NCBI RefSeq assembly: GCF_039654945.1
Contig: NW_027361754.1
Location: forward strand, 7,750,001 to 7,814,000
Length of the DNA stretch: 64,000 bases
Direction of reading: 5' to 3'
Source of the DNA: Dendrobates tinctorius
Lineage: Eukaryota
Shown: positions 1 through 12,512 of the stretch, in pieces
Layout: each line of letters begins with the position of its first letter
Numbering within the stretch: the first letter of the stretch is position 1
The notes under the pieces: model-generated
Databases searched by the model: none
Told to the model about the DNA's origin: nothing
The model's input: the letters and a program-made list of their open reading frames with translations, nothing else
Program-made: the position numbers and the translations under genes

Positions 1-485
1 GGACTCTCAGACGCTGGCCGCCATTACACACACAGCCGCTCCACAGGCTGTGTGTGAGGAGATCCTTCTCCTCACAGGACCTTCCAACACTGGACCAATC
101 AGGTCCCAGCATTCAACTACATGTGACCTACCCTAGCCACATTATATGGTCTATAGCCATGCCCACCGGGTCACGTGACTATGACCTCATCACTGGTCCT
201 TCACACACTTACAAAGCCTTTTACTATAGGCGTTTTCAGACACACCCCTGGGTGGGTTTGTAGGTAACCAGAACCCGCCCATCTCTCTAGTTACCTGAAG
301 ACTTCTCCCTTATACTTAGAAACAACACCTCAGCAATGATATTGCTGATCACACATAGCCAAGTCTCCATCTCAAAGCCACCCACTTTGAGATACATAAC
401 TATCCTTCAGGATTCTGCCACTCATCCGTTCTCTTGGGACATCCACACAGCGCCCTCTAGTGGACACAGTGGTCATTACACCACA
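1..485 (-). mobile_element. Probable LTR end inserted in the intron of the Harbinger partner gene
   Basis: Segment ends ...GTCATTACACCACA (TGTGGTGTAATGAC on the minus strand, an LTR-like TG start), just before an intron 3' end. The other end is not visible. Confidence 0.4.
448..463 (-). promoter_or_regulatory. CTCF-consensus-like motif
   Basis: CCACTAGAGGGCGCTG on the minus strand matches the vertebrate CTCF core consensus. Binding is not shown. Confidence 0.35.
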
Positions 486-565
486 GTAGATACACCACAT
501 TACACCGATACTTTACAGGGCCAAAAATATTAATGTATTTTTGGCTCTGTTCTATTTCATAACAG

Positions 566-1553
566 AACTCACTCCAACCTTACGGATAGAGGAACGGGCT
601 CAGATACAGAGCCCATAATTGACCCTGTAGGGGATGAGGTGGCTGGCCCATCTTCTCCCCCTACAAGAAGCATGGGTGAAGAATCCTCTCAGGAGAACCC
701 ATTGCCTGCTCCCCAAACCCCACCACCAGGACCGTCTGCTGCTGCACCATCACCCATACTGGAGGAGCAGGGCAACATGAGCAGCAGCCCAACTGCCCAG
801 ATCCGGGGCTCCCCACAGCCTGCTGTAACATCCCGGCGAGGACGAAGAAGGTGCCAGATCCCTGCCCAAGATACCAGGACCAATGTGGACACAGGGGTCC
901 TAAATTATATGGCTAGAGTGAATACAGATGATGGGGAAGAGGCATACTCACGTAGCCTGGCCCTTTATCTCCGTGCCCTTTCCCGTGAGGTGAGGCTCCG
1001 TATTCGAGGATGTTTTCAGATCCTGCTTGATGCAAGCACACCCCCCAATACCCCATATGAGCTGTTTGAATATCTGGAGAGGTGGCAGCTTTCCCCCCGA
1101 AATGTAATGTGCATGAGGCCACCCACACAGATGCTTGCTCAAGCAGGGTCTGAAGATCCTCAAATACGTGGGCCTACACCTCACCCCCTTCCTCCCCCTA
1201 CCCAACCTTCACAACAGCAGCAACATATGTCTGCCTCTAGCCAACCCCACCAATATGGCCACTTTTTCCCACCCAGTGTTGGAGGCTGGTCCCAACCTGG
1301 TTGGGGACGACATGGCTATATTGGTGGGTATGAGACACGGGCCTACCCGAGCCAACAAGATGCCCCTCATCATTATTACTCTGGCCAGTACCCCCAACAA
1401 TCCCAGGAGGAAGGACACTACCCACATCATGGGCAACAGTATGCCCCCACACAGGGCGATGTTGGTCAAAGTAGCCAGCAGCAACCACAGGCTGCTCTTC
1501 CGCCTTCCGGCTTGTCCTTCCCCAACTTTCCACAATATAAACGTGTAAGATAG
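566..1553 (+). CDS. Last exon of the Harbinger accessory (Myb/SANT-MADF type) protein, with a BESS-like motif
   Basis: Acceptor ...TCTATTTCATAACAG at 565. Frame is open from 567 (THSNLTDRGTGSD...) into the 304-aa ORF. DGEEAYSRSLALYLRALSREVRLRIRGCFQILL resembles a BESS motif, followed by a P/Q-rich tail. Convergent with the transposase. Confidence 0.65.
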
Positions 1554-1987
1554 CCTTGCCTGTCATGGTGGCTTATTAATATGATTAGAAAACCTTCCTA
1601 ATAAATGTGAGTTTTATCTTTTTTATATAATTTTGTTGATGGCGACCACCTCTTTTTTCCTTTGGATTCAAAATGTCTAATGTAGTAATTTTGTTATTAC
1701 ATTCTGTTTGGTTTGGATATGTGTGAAAATTGTATATTTCTAAAATGTTCACATCTGCAAAAAGGCCAATTTGGCTCATTGCCCCAGTTATCATATGGCA
1801 ATAATATGTTTGCCTTTAAAAAAAAACAAAAAAAAAGGCTAAAAATTTGTCTACTCCAGTTTACATCTCTGTCTCAATTCTCAAAAACCGTGTCAGCATA
1901 CTAACATACGCTTACCAATGCAATTAAACAGGCATAGAATCAGAAGGGGTAGAAATATATAAATTTAGACACACATAAAACCAAAAA

Positions 1988-3505
1988 TTATAACATAGAT
2001 ACAGCATGCTCTTGCCAAGAAGTTTCCCCCTCAGGTGACATAAAGTAATTAGTGAAAATATCACGCACTTTGAGGCCAGAGAGCGGTCTACGTTGAGGGT
2101 TGATAGGTGGTCTCACCCTACGCACATTGTCCGGCCTACGCACAACACCAGCAGAGGAGGAACAATCATGTATCCTGGTGAAGTTATGAAGAACCACACA
2201 GGCTTTAACTACTTCAGTAACATTTTGCTCACTCAGCTGAATGGCAGACTGGAGTACACGCCATTTGGCACAAAGAATGCCAAAGGCACACTCCACCAGT
2301 CGCCGAGCACGTGATAGGCGCAAGTTAAAAATTCTGTGCCTGTGGTCAAGGTTGCGCCGGGGATATGGCCTCATGACATTGCGTGTTAACTGAAACGCCT
2401 CATCTGCCACAAGGACATAAGGGACAGATTCTTGAGTGGAGCCTGGTAGCTGGCGTGGTGGTGGTAGATCCACCTGGTTGGTGCCTAGCCGCCGAGCCAT
2501 AATGGAAGTATTGAAGACTCGAGAGTCTCCCGTCCTTCCATAGGCCCCAATGTCAACAATTATAAACTTGTATTGCGGTTCGGCCAGAGCCAACAATACA
2601 ACAGAAAAGTATTGTTTATAATTGAAAAATTGGGAGCCAGAGTTCGGCGGCTTACGCACCCGAATATGTTTGCTATCAAGGGCCCCAATACAATTAGGAA
2701 ACTGGCATTCCTCCTCAAAGTCCCTTGATATCCTCAACCAGTCTTCCATCCTGGGCTCGGGCATGACGACTTGATGTAGTCTTGTCCAGATTTCAATACA
2801 TGTTGACCTGACTATGCCAGAAATGGTGGATCTTCCAATCAGAAACTCATGGTGGAGGGTGGCATAAGACAGGCCAGTGGACAGGAAGCTGAAGAACAAC
2901 AGAAAAGGAAGATTTTAGAATGCACAAATTCCAAAAAAAGCAGGTACATACATACCTAATTTGTTAGGAATTCAGAGCGACTAACACACATATTTGGTTG
3001 CACAAGTACTAAGTGAGATTCAGTACATATTACACATAACATTCTGGTGTGTAAGCTTATTAAACATATCTGGAATAAGATGAGGGCATTAAACTTAGTC
3101 CAAGAAGCCAAAAATACATACTTTGGGCAACACATCATGAACATAGAGAATGTGGTTGTGTAGTACATACCGTATTGTGAGTAGAAGTCGCTCCTCTGCA
3201 GATATAGCTTTGCGCATCCTTGTGTCCTGAAAGGTTATCCCAGGGCGCACTGTCTCCAAGAGTTGATCAAATGTTGCAAGGCTCATGCGACAGTATTGGT
3301 AGAATTTTACAGGATGCTCCCACATTGAAGAATAGAGGCGGAGAAAATGACCCCTTGTGAGTCGATGCCTCAAAAGTGGATGGACCCACATGCGTCTCCT
3401 CCTCCGCGGATCCACTATCACTGGGTATGGTTGGCCAAAGCGGCGTGACAAAAGCCAGTTGAAGAGAACCTGCTCAGTTGTGTTGAAACTCAGACTGTTT
3501 GCCAT
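1988..3505 (-). CDS. Harbinger (HARBI1-like) DDE transposase, two exons 3505-3171 and 2888-1988, about 411 aa
   Basis: GT donor at 3170 and AG acceptor at 2890-2889 join LLLTI-R-FLSTGLSY in frame. Motifs WVHP, CRMS..TFD, CIGALDSKH, ADEAF, RARRLVECAFGIL, ACVVLHNF. Confidence 0.9.
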
Positions 3506-3859
3506 GTTGCACATACAACAGCAACACACCTAGTGAAGGCAAGGTCACAAATGGACAGAATGGAGGCAGCCACCTGTTCCTGAGCCAATAAATAGGGTGC
3601 AGGCTAATGATTTAAATAGTTAGCAGGCCTCAAAACCGTTAAATGTCCATTTTGCAAGGCTGCGAGAAAATCTCGCCATACGGATTGCATACGGATGCCA
3701 TACGGATTACATACGGATGCAGACATGCGCAAAATACGCGACCACACCTTGCTTACGGATGACATACGGAGCACTATTTAGGGGTCATTCATCCGTATTA
3801 CGCATGTAAACTACGGACTGTATTTTGCGTCGGTTAGTGTGACTCCAGCCTAAGAAGCC

Positions 3860-4190
3860 TCCTACTCTGCACTCATTACCTAGATTAATTGCTCCTGTTT
3901 GAACTTGTTACCTGAATAAAAGACACATGTGCACACACTCAATCACACTCCAACCACTCCACCATGGCCAAGACCAAAGAGCTGTCCAAGGACACCAGGG
4001 ACAAAATTGTAGACCTGCACAAGGCTGGGATGGGCTGCAGGACAATAGCCAAGCAGCTTGGTGAGAAGGCAACAACTATTGGCACAATTATTAGAAAATG
4101 GAAGAAACACAAGATGACTGTCAATCTTCCTCGGTCTGGGGCTCCATGCAAGATCTTGCCTCGTGGGGTAAGGATGGTCCTGAGAATGTA
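3860..4190 (+). pseudogene. Tc1 transposase 5' remnant (N-terminal HTH only)
   Basis: ORF 3964-4197 [22 protein letters not shown]...RSGAP is similar to the intact Tc1 transposase at 23513-24535 but truncated. Confidence 0.8.
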
Positions 4191-6079
4191 TAGATGATGG
4201 TTTTAGTTGCCTTGTTCCTGAACTGGACCTGCTCCTTTCTTAAGACCAAATAACAACTGAATTTTGAAGAATTTGGCACTAACAAAATAACACAAGTCAA
4301 AACAGAAAAATGACTTAAAAAAAGAAATGTAAATGATGAATCGGGCCTTTGGAGTCTTAAAATGTTCTTCACTATCAGGATTACGGTATATGGCCATTCT
4401 GAAATGGATTTTCAAAAGTAAATACTGTACATTGGGTCTAAAATCTATTCAATAATGTTTGCAGCTTGTACTGAGAAATTGTGACAGGTCCTCACGCGTA
4501 GGTGACCGCTATTTTTCTTTCTGACATCAACATCATATGTGAGCAGTCGCCAGACATGGACAAGTATGACTGTGTCCAGATGGTTGAGGGCCACGCAGAA
4601 TGACATTGTAAGCCCCCAGGCCACAGTTTGGGCACTTGGGTTATGAGGGCTGTAATTTTCATCTGCATAAGAAAAAAGCCCATGAGATCACTGTATTGAG
4701 GAAGGAATCCAACCTTCTTAGCAGCCTTAGAGGGTCTTTATCAGATTGGTCCCACTAAAAATAACACACTTGGCTTACTTTTCTGGGGGCTCTTTGATCT
4801 GACCCAAAGGTCATTCCTCCTTCAAGCCTCTGTTACCATCTCATTCACTTTGCCCCATAATGTGCCTGTTTGGACTCCAGTGGTCCATGCAATCAGGGGA
4901 CATCCCAACAAGACATAAAATAAGCCTCCTAAAGTGTTTCAGCGATGCCTGCGCGATTTTTCAATTCGTCAAGAGGTCTCCTGTTTATTTGGAAACTGAC
5001 ATGCAATTGCCTTCATATAGGTGACATTTTATAGATGATAAAAAAATAAATAAAAATTATGACAGATACAGCAGATACTATAAGAAATCATGCATTTCCA
5101 GCAATGAGAGGACTGGAGATATAGCACAGAAGCACAAGATGGATTTAGAGAACGGGTCACGCTTGCATTATATTTTGCAGTGATGAATTAAAGATCTGTA
5201 AGCAAGAGCCGAGGTTTATGCAGACACAGCAAGTTGTTGCCCAAAACAACTCACACTGGATATGAGAAGCCCCAGGCGCCCAGTGATGAAGTGACGAGGC
5301 CAAGGTCGCACCAGCAGAGCAGAGACTTCAGCCTGTGTTATATGCTTTTAGGCCCGTTTTATTGTGGTGCAGCGTCTGCAGCAGTCCCAGAAGAGCGCTT
5401 CCCTCCGCAATAAATCTGACAAACAATATGTGGAATATATTTACTTCCCGTAAAGGCAGAACTCGAGATATTAGTTTTATATGGAAAACATCCCTGATAT
5501 TGATATAGGCGCAGAGGTCATTAACTTTATATTAAATAAGTAAATCTAATCTTGGTAGATTGTGTATTGATGTCTCAGACTCAAAACGGAAGGGTTTAAT
5601 CAAAGAAATGTCACGCTGCCTGCCCTTGGAGACAGAAATGACAATTTGTGACATGTCAAGAGGCAGACAGTTTTATAGGGCCTGATGCCAGAGATGCCAT
5701 GAAACATACAGTGAAAATAAAAGCGCTATGACGATTAATACACATATGGACAGCTTCAGTCGGGGCTGGACACAATCGATATGAATGGTGTATGACGCTC
5801 AGTCAATGTGCCCATTTGTCAGCGTTAACTGCTTTCCAATTAAGAGATCAATGGCACCAGATGCCCCCCGGCAGTGCCCTCATTTAGTGCCACAGTCACA
5901 TTCATTTTGCTGGTATTATCACATGAAAGAACAAAGTCAAACCCATCAGACGAGGGCATAATAGGATATTTCCTCTCGTCTGAGAGTCTAACAGTAAATT
6001 TATCTCGCCCCAAATACAGACAACAGTTCACTTACCATTAAGGAGAGCCAACCTCATTCTTATTTCACCTATTCAAAGG

Positions 6080-6415
6080 AAAGGGGATAACTTACTGATT
6101 TGCTGGGGGTCCGAATACTGGAACCAGCGATCCGCAGACTGGAGCTCCGCAGAGCAGCATCTGAATGGAGGCAGAGGTTGAGCATGTGGACCACAGCTCT
6201 ATTTATCTAGTATGGGACTGCAGGAAGAAGCTGAGCGCTGTACTAGTCTACTGTATTTTCAGTTATCCCATAGACAATGAATGGATGGAGGTCCACATGA
6301 GTAAACTCTGCTCCATTCAGATAGAGTCTTGCAGTGCCCGTATCTCTGAAGACCCAATAGTTAATCCCCAAGCGATCAGTAATTTACCCAGTGTCTCATT
6401 ACTAGAAGATAACTC
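6080..6415. mobile_element. Degenerate fold-back MITE
   Basis: Internal inverted arms, e.g. ATCTGAATGGAGGCAGAG...CATGTGGACC versus GGTCCACATG...CTCTGCTCCATTCAGAT. Confidence 0.5.
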
Positions 6416-7789
6416 TGTATGATTTTATTACTCTGCAGTGTTAAGAATCAGAAAAGTGGCTTTAAGCAATGTACAAAAGTAAAATCTGCGCCAGAGCTCG
6501 TCCAACAGACACCAAAGCGAAGGTAACCTCCACACCTATGATGTCCTCAAGAGATCGGCTCTGTTGTCTCTCTGCTGCAGTGTCTGGTTTAGCTCTGCTA
6601 CATCTGTCCCTGTAGATTGCGCTAATACATAATGTTGTGCTAAGGCTGCTTATTACAGTTAAGTGAGGCGTCCCAGCGTCTTATCCTTCTCCCATAGTAA
6701 AAGGGAAAGCTTGGAGTCATTGTGGTTCTTGTTGCTTTCTGGGACTAGTTTCCAGACAAGCTGTTTCCAGGTTTGATGCTTGCGCCGTTGTCATAGCATT
6801 GTGTGTGTGCTGGAGATTTTCACGGCTGACACCTGCCACTTTGCATTGAGTTTGGATGAAAAGCAGCCATTGTTGGAGTTTGGATAAAATACAGCCAGTG
6901 CTTTTATTAATGTCAAAAGCAAAGAAGCGGAAGAAAAATAACCCACCCCCTGAGTTCCAGAAGGAACTGGAGCAGTGACGGAGTCTCAGTTTACCTTTTT
7001 TTTTATCATTGGATGGAGAGGTGGAAGGAAAAATATCTCCAGGGTGAGAGAAGATGTGTTCTTAATTCATTTATGACAGAGGTGGACTCATGTTACACAA
7101 CATGGATTATTTTTAATACCAACTCGCCGTGAACAGAAAGGGAAAATCTGATGCTTTTTACACTTCTTTGCAAGTCACTGGTGCAATATTATCTAGCAGC
7201 CGGCCATCAATTATTAATATGCACAACACAACAACACATATGTGCGCTGACTGCCCAGTATACAGGCTGCTGCCAGCGCATACAGAAAGGGAGGTTTAGA
7301 GGTGATCGGAGCTCAATGCTCGGCCCAACCACAGGTCTCCTGATCCGCATTAACAGCATCATACACAGGTCAGGAGACTCACAGACAGGCCGGACACTAC
7401 GCTCTGTCTGAACAAGGGCCATAAAATCTGGTTGTATAAATGCACTCTAAGAAAAAGATAGCTAAAAGTCACTGCTGCTGGTGTGTTCATCTCTAAGATA
7501 TAAAAGCAAAATTCCCATGACAGGGCCAGCGTCGGACTGGAATACCTTGGGCCCACCAGAAAAAAAACATTCTTGGGCCCACCATCATACCTCCCAACTT
7601 TTGAAGAAGGGAAAGAGGGACAAAGGTTGCAGAGTGCTGCGGCAAATTTTAGATCATGCCCCCGACCACACCCATTTCACAATTAACCACACCCATGTCC
7701 AGGCCCCAACCGCACCCATTTAGCACTGCTGATCACACTGACTGGTACTGAGGGCACAGTGGCTGGTACTATGGGCACACAGACTGGTA

Positions 7790-9542
7790 CTGATGAAAAG
7801 AAAGAAAGAACAGAGAGAGAAAAAAATAAAACAGAGAGAGAAAGAAAGGAGAGAGAGAGAAAGAAAAAGAAAGAACAGAGAGAAAGAAAGAACATAGAAA
7901 GAGAGAAAGAAAGAAAGAGAAAAAGAAAGAAAGCGAAATAAAGAACAGAGAAAGAAAGAGAAAGAGAAAAAGAACAGAGAGAAAGAAGAAAACAGAGAGC
8001 GAGAAAGAAAGAGAGAGGAAAGAAAGAAAGAGGAGAAAGAAAGGAGAGAGAGAAAGAACAGAGAAAGTACAGAGAGAGAAAGGAAGAACAGAGTGACAGA
8101 GAAAGAAAGAGAAGAAAGAAAGAACAGAGAGTGAAAGAACAGATAGAGAAAAAAAGAGGGGAAAGAAAGAACAGAGAGAAAGAAAAAAGAAAGATTAGAG
8201 AGAGAACAGAAAGAGAAAGAGGGGAAAGAAAGAAAGAACAGAGAGAGAAAGAAACAAAGAAAGAACGGAGAGAGAAAGAAAGAGGGGAAAGAAAACAAAG
8301 AACAGAGAGAGACAAAGAAAGAACAGAGAGAGAAAGAAAGAACAAAGAGAAAGAAAAAGAACAGAGAGAAAGAGGGAAAAGAAAGAACAGAGAGAGAGAA
8401 AAAGAAAGAGAAAGAAAGAACAGAGAGGGAGAGAGAAAGAAAGAACAGAGGGCACAGTGGCTGGTACTATGTGCACAGGCTGGCATTGTGGGCACAGTGG
8501 CTGATACTGTGGGCACACTGACTGGTACTGAGGAAAAGAAAGAACAGAGAGAAAAAATAAAACAGAGAGAGAAAGAAAAAGAAAGAACAGAGAGAGAAAG
8601 AAGGAGAAAGAACAGAGAGAAAGAAAGAGAACAGAGAGAAAGAAAGAGAAAGAGAAAGAACAGAGAGAGAGAAGAAAACAGAGAGAGAAAAAGAAAGAAA
8701 GAGAAAGAAAGCAAAAGAAAAAGAACAGAGAGAGAAAGAAAGAGGGGAAAGAAAGAGGAGAAAGAAAGAAGAGAGAGAAAGAAAGAACAGAGAGAAAGAA
8801 AGAACAAAGAGAGAAAGAAAGAACAAAGAGAGAACGAAAGAGGGGAAAGAAATAAATATCAAAGACTAAAAGAAAGAACAGAGAGAGAAAAAGAAAGAGG
8901 GAAATAAACAACAGAAAGAGGGAAATAAACAACAGAGAGAGAAAGAAAGAACAGAGANNNNNNNNNNNNNNNNNNNNNNNNNNNNNNNNNNNNNNNNNNN
9001 NNNNNNNNNNNNNNNNNNNNNNNNNNNNNNNNNNNNNNNNNNNNNNNNNNNNNNNNNNNNNNNNNNNNNNNNNNNNNNNNNNNNNNNAGAAAGAGGCGAA
9101 AGAAACAAACTACAGAGAGAAAGAAATAACAGAGAAAGAAAGTACAGATAAAAAGAAAAAGAACAGAGAGAAAGAAAGAGGAAAAAGAACAGAGAGAGAA
9201 AAATAAAGAGAAAGAAAGAACAGAGAGGGAGAAAGAAAGAAGAGAGAGGGCACAGTGGCTGGTACTATGGGCACAGTGGCTGGCATTGTGGGCACAGTGA
9301 CTGGTATTGTGGGCACAATGACTGGTACTGAGGAAAAGAAAGAAAGAACAGAGAGAGAAAGAGCAGAGCGAGAAAGAAAAAAGAAAGATTAGAGAGAAAG
9401 AAACCGAGAAAGAAAGAACAGTTAAAGAAAGAGAGAAAAAGAATGATTAGACAGGGAAAGAAAGAACAGAGAGAGAGAAAGAAAGATTAGAGAGGGAAAG
9501 AAAGTACAGAGAGAGAGAGAAAGAAACCGAGAGAAAGAAATA
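7790..9542. repeat. Polypurine (GA-rich) low-complexity tract with interspersed GGCACAGTGGCTGGTACT blocks
   Basis: Degenerate AAAGAAAGAACAGAGAG units seen directly. Confidence 0.95.
8958..9087. other. Assembly gap (130 N)
   Basis: Run of N. Confidence 1.
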
Positions 9543-9949
9543 TTCTATAAAGATACTATAGCAGCCCAGCTTCCACTATAATGCCCACCTGAGCCTCCCG
9601 ATGCAGGACATATCATGATCTGCTGACATGATCTGCTCCCCGATTCCAAGGCGATCCCGCTGTCCGCACTGTCGGAGAAGGACACAGTGATGGATCTGAA
9701 GCATTCCCTGAAGTGCCTCCATGGTTCCGTCACAATCTCCCGAAATTACCTCATTTCCGGTCAGGTTCCAGCACTTCACTTCCATTGGAACGTCACATGC
9801 GAGTTTTAAAGTGCTCCTCGGGGCTCTGCCGTGTACCTCTGTGTCAGCGGGAAAAGTAAGCTCCCGGCCGGGACAGTGGGGCAGACTCTCAAAATCGGGA
9901 CACTCCCACTGGATTCGGGATGGTTGGAAGGTATGAATGTTCCCCACCA

Positions 9950-10700
9950 TACACCTTGTACACGCACGGCTCTGCACACCTAATACACACATGGTTCCGC
10001 TTTGTATGCCTCATACACACACAACTTCGCTCCGTACACCTCGCACACACACGGCTCTACTCAGTACACGCATAGCTCCACTCCGTAAACCTTGTACACA
10101 CATGGCTCTGCTCCATTCCGTACACACACAGCTCAGCTCCGTACACATCGTACACACAGGGCTCTGTTTCATACACCCCGTAAACACACACGGCTCCATA
10201 CACTTCATACACACAGCTCAGTTCTGTACACCTTGCACACAAGCGGCTCCACTCTGTAAACCTCGTATACACGTGGCTCCGCTCCACACACCCCGTACAC
10301 ACGCCGCTTCGCTCTCCCCATACACACGCGGCTCTGCTCTGTACATCTCGTACACACGCACTCCACTCCGCACACTTCATACACACACGGCTCCGCTCCG
10401 TACACCTCGTACACACACGGCTCCATTCCGTACACCTCGTACACACACGGCTCCGCTCCGTACACCTCGTACACACACGGCTCCGCTCTGTACACCTCGT
10501 ACACACATGGCTTCGCTCTGCACACTTCGTACACACATGGCTCCGCTCCGTACACCTCATACGCACACGGCTCCACTCCGTACACCTTGAATACACGCGG
10601 CTCCGCTCCACACACCCCATACACACGCGGCTCCGCTCTGTACACCCCATACACACGTGGCTGTGATCCGTACATCTCGTACACACAGCTCCGCTACATC
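9950..10700. repeat. 30-bp minisatellite (about 25 copies)
   Basis: Unit ACACACACGGCTCCGCTCCGTACACCTCGT. Confidence 0.95.
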
Positions 10701-11223
10701 CACACTGTAAACCCCTCCTGACCCCACACATAAACTTTACCTCATCCAGCACCATGACAACCAGCACAGCAGAGTCCTGCATACACTGAGGCCCCTGATC
10801 ATGTGACCCCTGACTCCTCCCCTCCTGTGACCTTATCACAGGTCCTGTGCACAGAACAGCCTAGCGACGCCATTTGCTGGGACGTATAGGATGATGTGGA
10901 AATGGCTGGCACAGTGTTCTCATCTGGATGAGGGGAGTTTGCGGCTAGTCTAGGAGTTGTCCCCAGTCGCTGGTGCGCCTGACATCTGCACACAGCACTG
11001 CTGGTCAGTTGTAGGCACTATTGACATGCAGGGCAGGGACTAATGAAGGAGGCTGGGGCCCTCCGAGGATTCTCCAGTGGACATGGCTATGCCATGCAAA
11101 AAAGCTGTCCTCCAGAAGGAAGCTAAACTGTCTTTCAAGCTAATTTGCATACCTGTATCCCCAGGGAACATTTTCTGGTCTGTATGCCTCCCCGCCCTTG
11201 CTGATCGTTTCTACAAAAAGATG

Positions 11224-12512
11224 TGGGTCGCCCTCCCAGGGCTGTGGGGTACTCGGTACCGGGTCGGTATCAGCGGGACATGTCACAGCAACGGTGACCC
11301 GGTCCGTGGCCCTGGGCGCCCAAAGTAATGGGGGAATGTAGTTAATGGAATGGAATAGTTTGTGACGCCATCTGTGGTGTTCGGCAAGGGAGGTGTTAAG
11401 CCGATGCTGCAGACAGATCCTCTGGGACAGATGGGGTGGTGCAGCAATGATGTTATAGCCCTTCACAGGCAGGGCTGTTGTCCCAGGGCAGTGTAGATGT
11501 GGAGATACCTAGATGTTGTAGTGTTTGGCGCAGGGGATGTAGCAGTGCAAGGCGGCCGGACGCAGGAAGGAATGGAGGACACCAGGGCATGTAGTTCCAA
11601 AGCTTTACTCACAGTCTGTGGTGCCCGCTTCTGTGCCGTGTCCTCCAGGTCAGGGACTCGGTCAACCCCCAGGCAAGATGGAATGCTCCCTTCCAACACT
11701 CCGCCAACATGTGCCTTTCCTGAACATCTCCTCCATAGCGCCTTTAAGTGTGAAGATCTCCAGTATCGTGTTACACTGGAGTTCCTCCTGTCAGATGTTC
11801 CCAAGAACACGGCAGACAGCTGTAGCCTGCTTCGGGGACTCTCTACTCCTAAGTCCTGGCTCTCTATCCGTATTGCTGTTGTGCCCTCAAGTCTTAGATG
11901 GGAGTAGTGCATTTACAGCCCACTACTCCACCGGTGTCTGCTGCAGGACCATTAGTGTCCATACAACCTCGGGGACCGGGCCCCGGCCTTGCACTTAGAA
12001 CTTCTAGGCAGGGTTCTTCCTCTAACCCACGTCCTCTGTGTTCCCTTTTTCTCCTACGTTCCGTACTTGTCTTTCTCTCCTATGGAAGCTCAGGCTTCAG
12101 TTCAATGTCTTTCTCCTTCTTTCCTTTCCCGTGCCAGCTGGCTCAGATCACTGAGGCAGCTGCAGCACTCCTTCCTCCATCCCTCTTCCAGGGATCCCCA
12201 CTTCTCTCCGAGTGGCTTCCTCTCTCAGCCTCACTTACTGACTGACTGACCTGTAATCCTAAACCATCCCGATCTTTTATGTATTCTAAACTCCACCCGC
12301 CTCCCAGCACGTTTAGTAGCAGGGAACCACCAAAGGTGCTCTGCCTCTCTCTAGGCAAAGAGCCGCAATGTGGCTTTGCTGAACTACTCTATTGTGTGGG
12401 GTGCGAGTGTTGGAGCATGATCAGGAGCCCCCAATTTACCTGGATGGTGGGGCACCACACCTTAGGAGAAGGTGCAGTACCTCTGTGGCGACTGAGCCTC
12501 AGGGGCGCCACA
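11224..12512 (-). mobile_element. Solo LTR (Gypsy-like), related to the copy at 50096-51271
   Basis: TG...CA ends, near-TSD GATG/GATA. Shares its 5' end TGTGGCGCCCCTGAGG..CAGTCGCCACAGAGGTACTGCACC and its 3' region with the second copy. Confidence 0.75.

Larger units (their letters stand above)
1..3850. mobile_element. PIF/Harbinger DNA transposon (right part; left end is outside the window) with two convergent genes
   Basis: Harbinger transposase on the minus strand and a partner exon on the plus strand, arranged tail-to-tail. The terminus GTGTGACTCCAGCC (ends 3850) is followed by TAA, the Harbinger target. Subterminal (CA)TACGGA repeats at about 3677-3820. Confidence 0.85.
7586..9935. mobile_element. 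TIR-bounded non-autonomous element enclosing a GA-rich tract
   Basis: CATACCTCCCAAC (7586) and GTTGGAAGGTATG (9923-9935) form 13-bp TIRs with one mismatch. Confidence 0.6.
7521..10870 (+). mobile_element. Non-autonomous hAT-like element (boundaries approximate) hosting a nested TIR element and a minisatellite
   Basis: Starts CAGGGCCAGCGTCGGACTGG, with repeated GGGCCCACC subterminal motifs. Right end not clearly identified. Confidence 0.35.

Noticed and set aside
4190-5030. Possible coding relic on the minus strand
   Set aside because: Only short ORFs with no motif I can assign. It would need tBLASTx or an HMM search.
6030-6070. Possible 33-nt micro-exon on the minus strand (GTAAGT donor)
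   Set aside because: Weak acceptor, no companion exons and no recognisable peptide.
7683-9316. Long F/L/S-rich and K/E/R-rich ORFs of up to 374 aa
   Set aside because: Stop-poor translations of a GA/TC low-complexity tract.
9937-10839. Repetitive ORFs of 159-260 aa
   Set aside because: Products of a 30-bp minisatellite.
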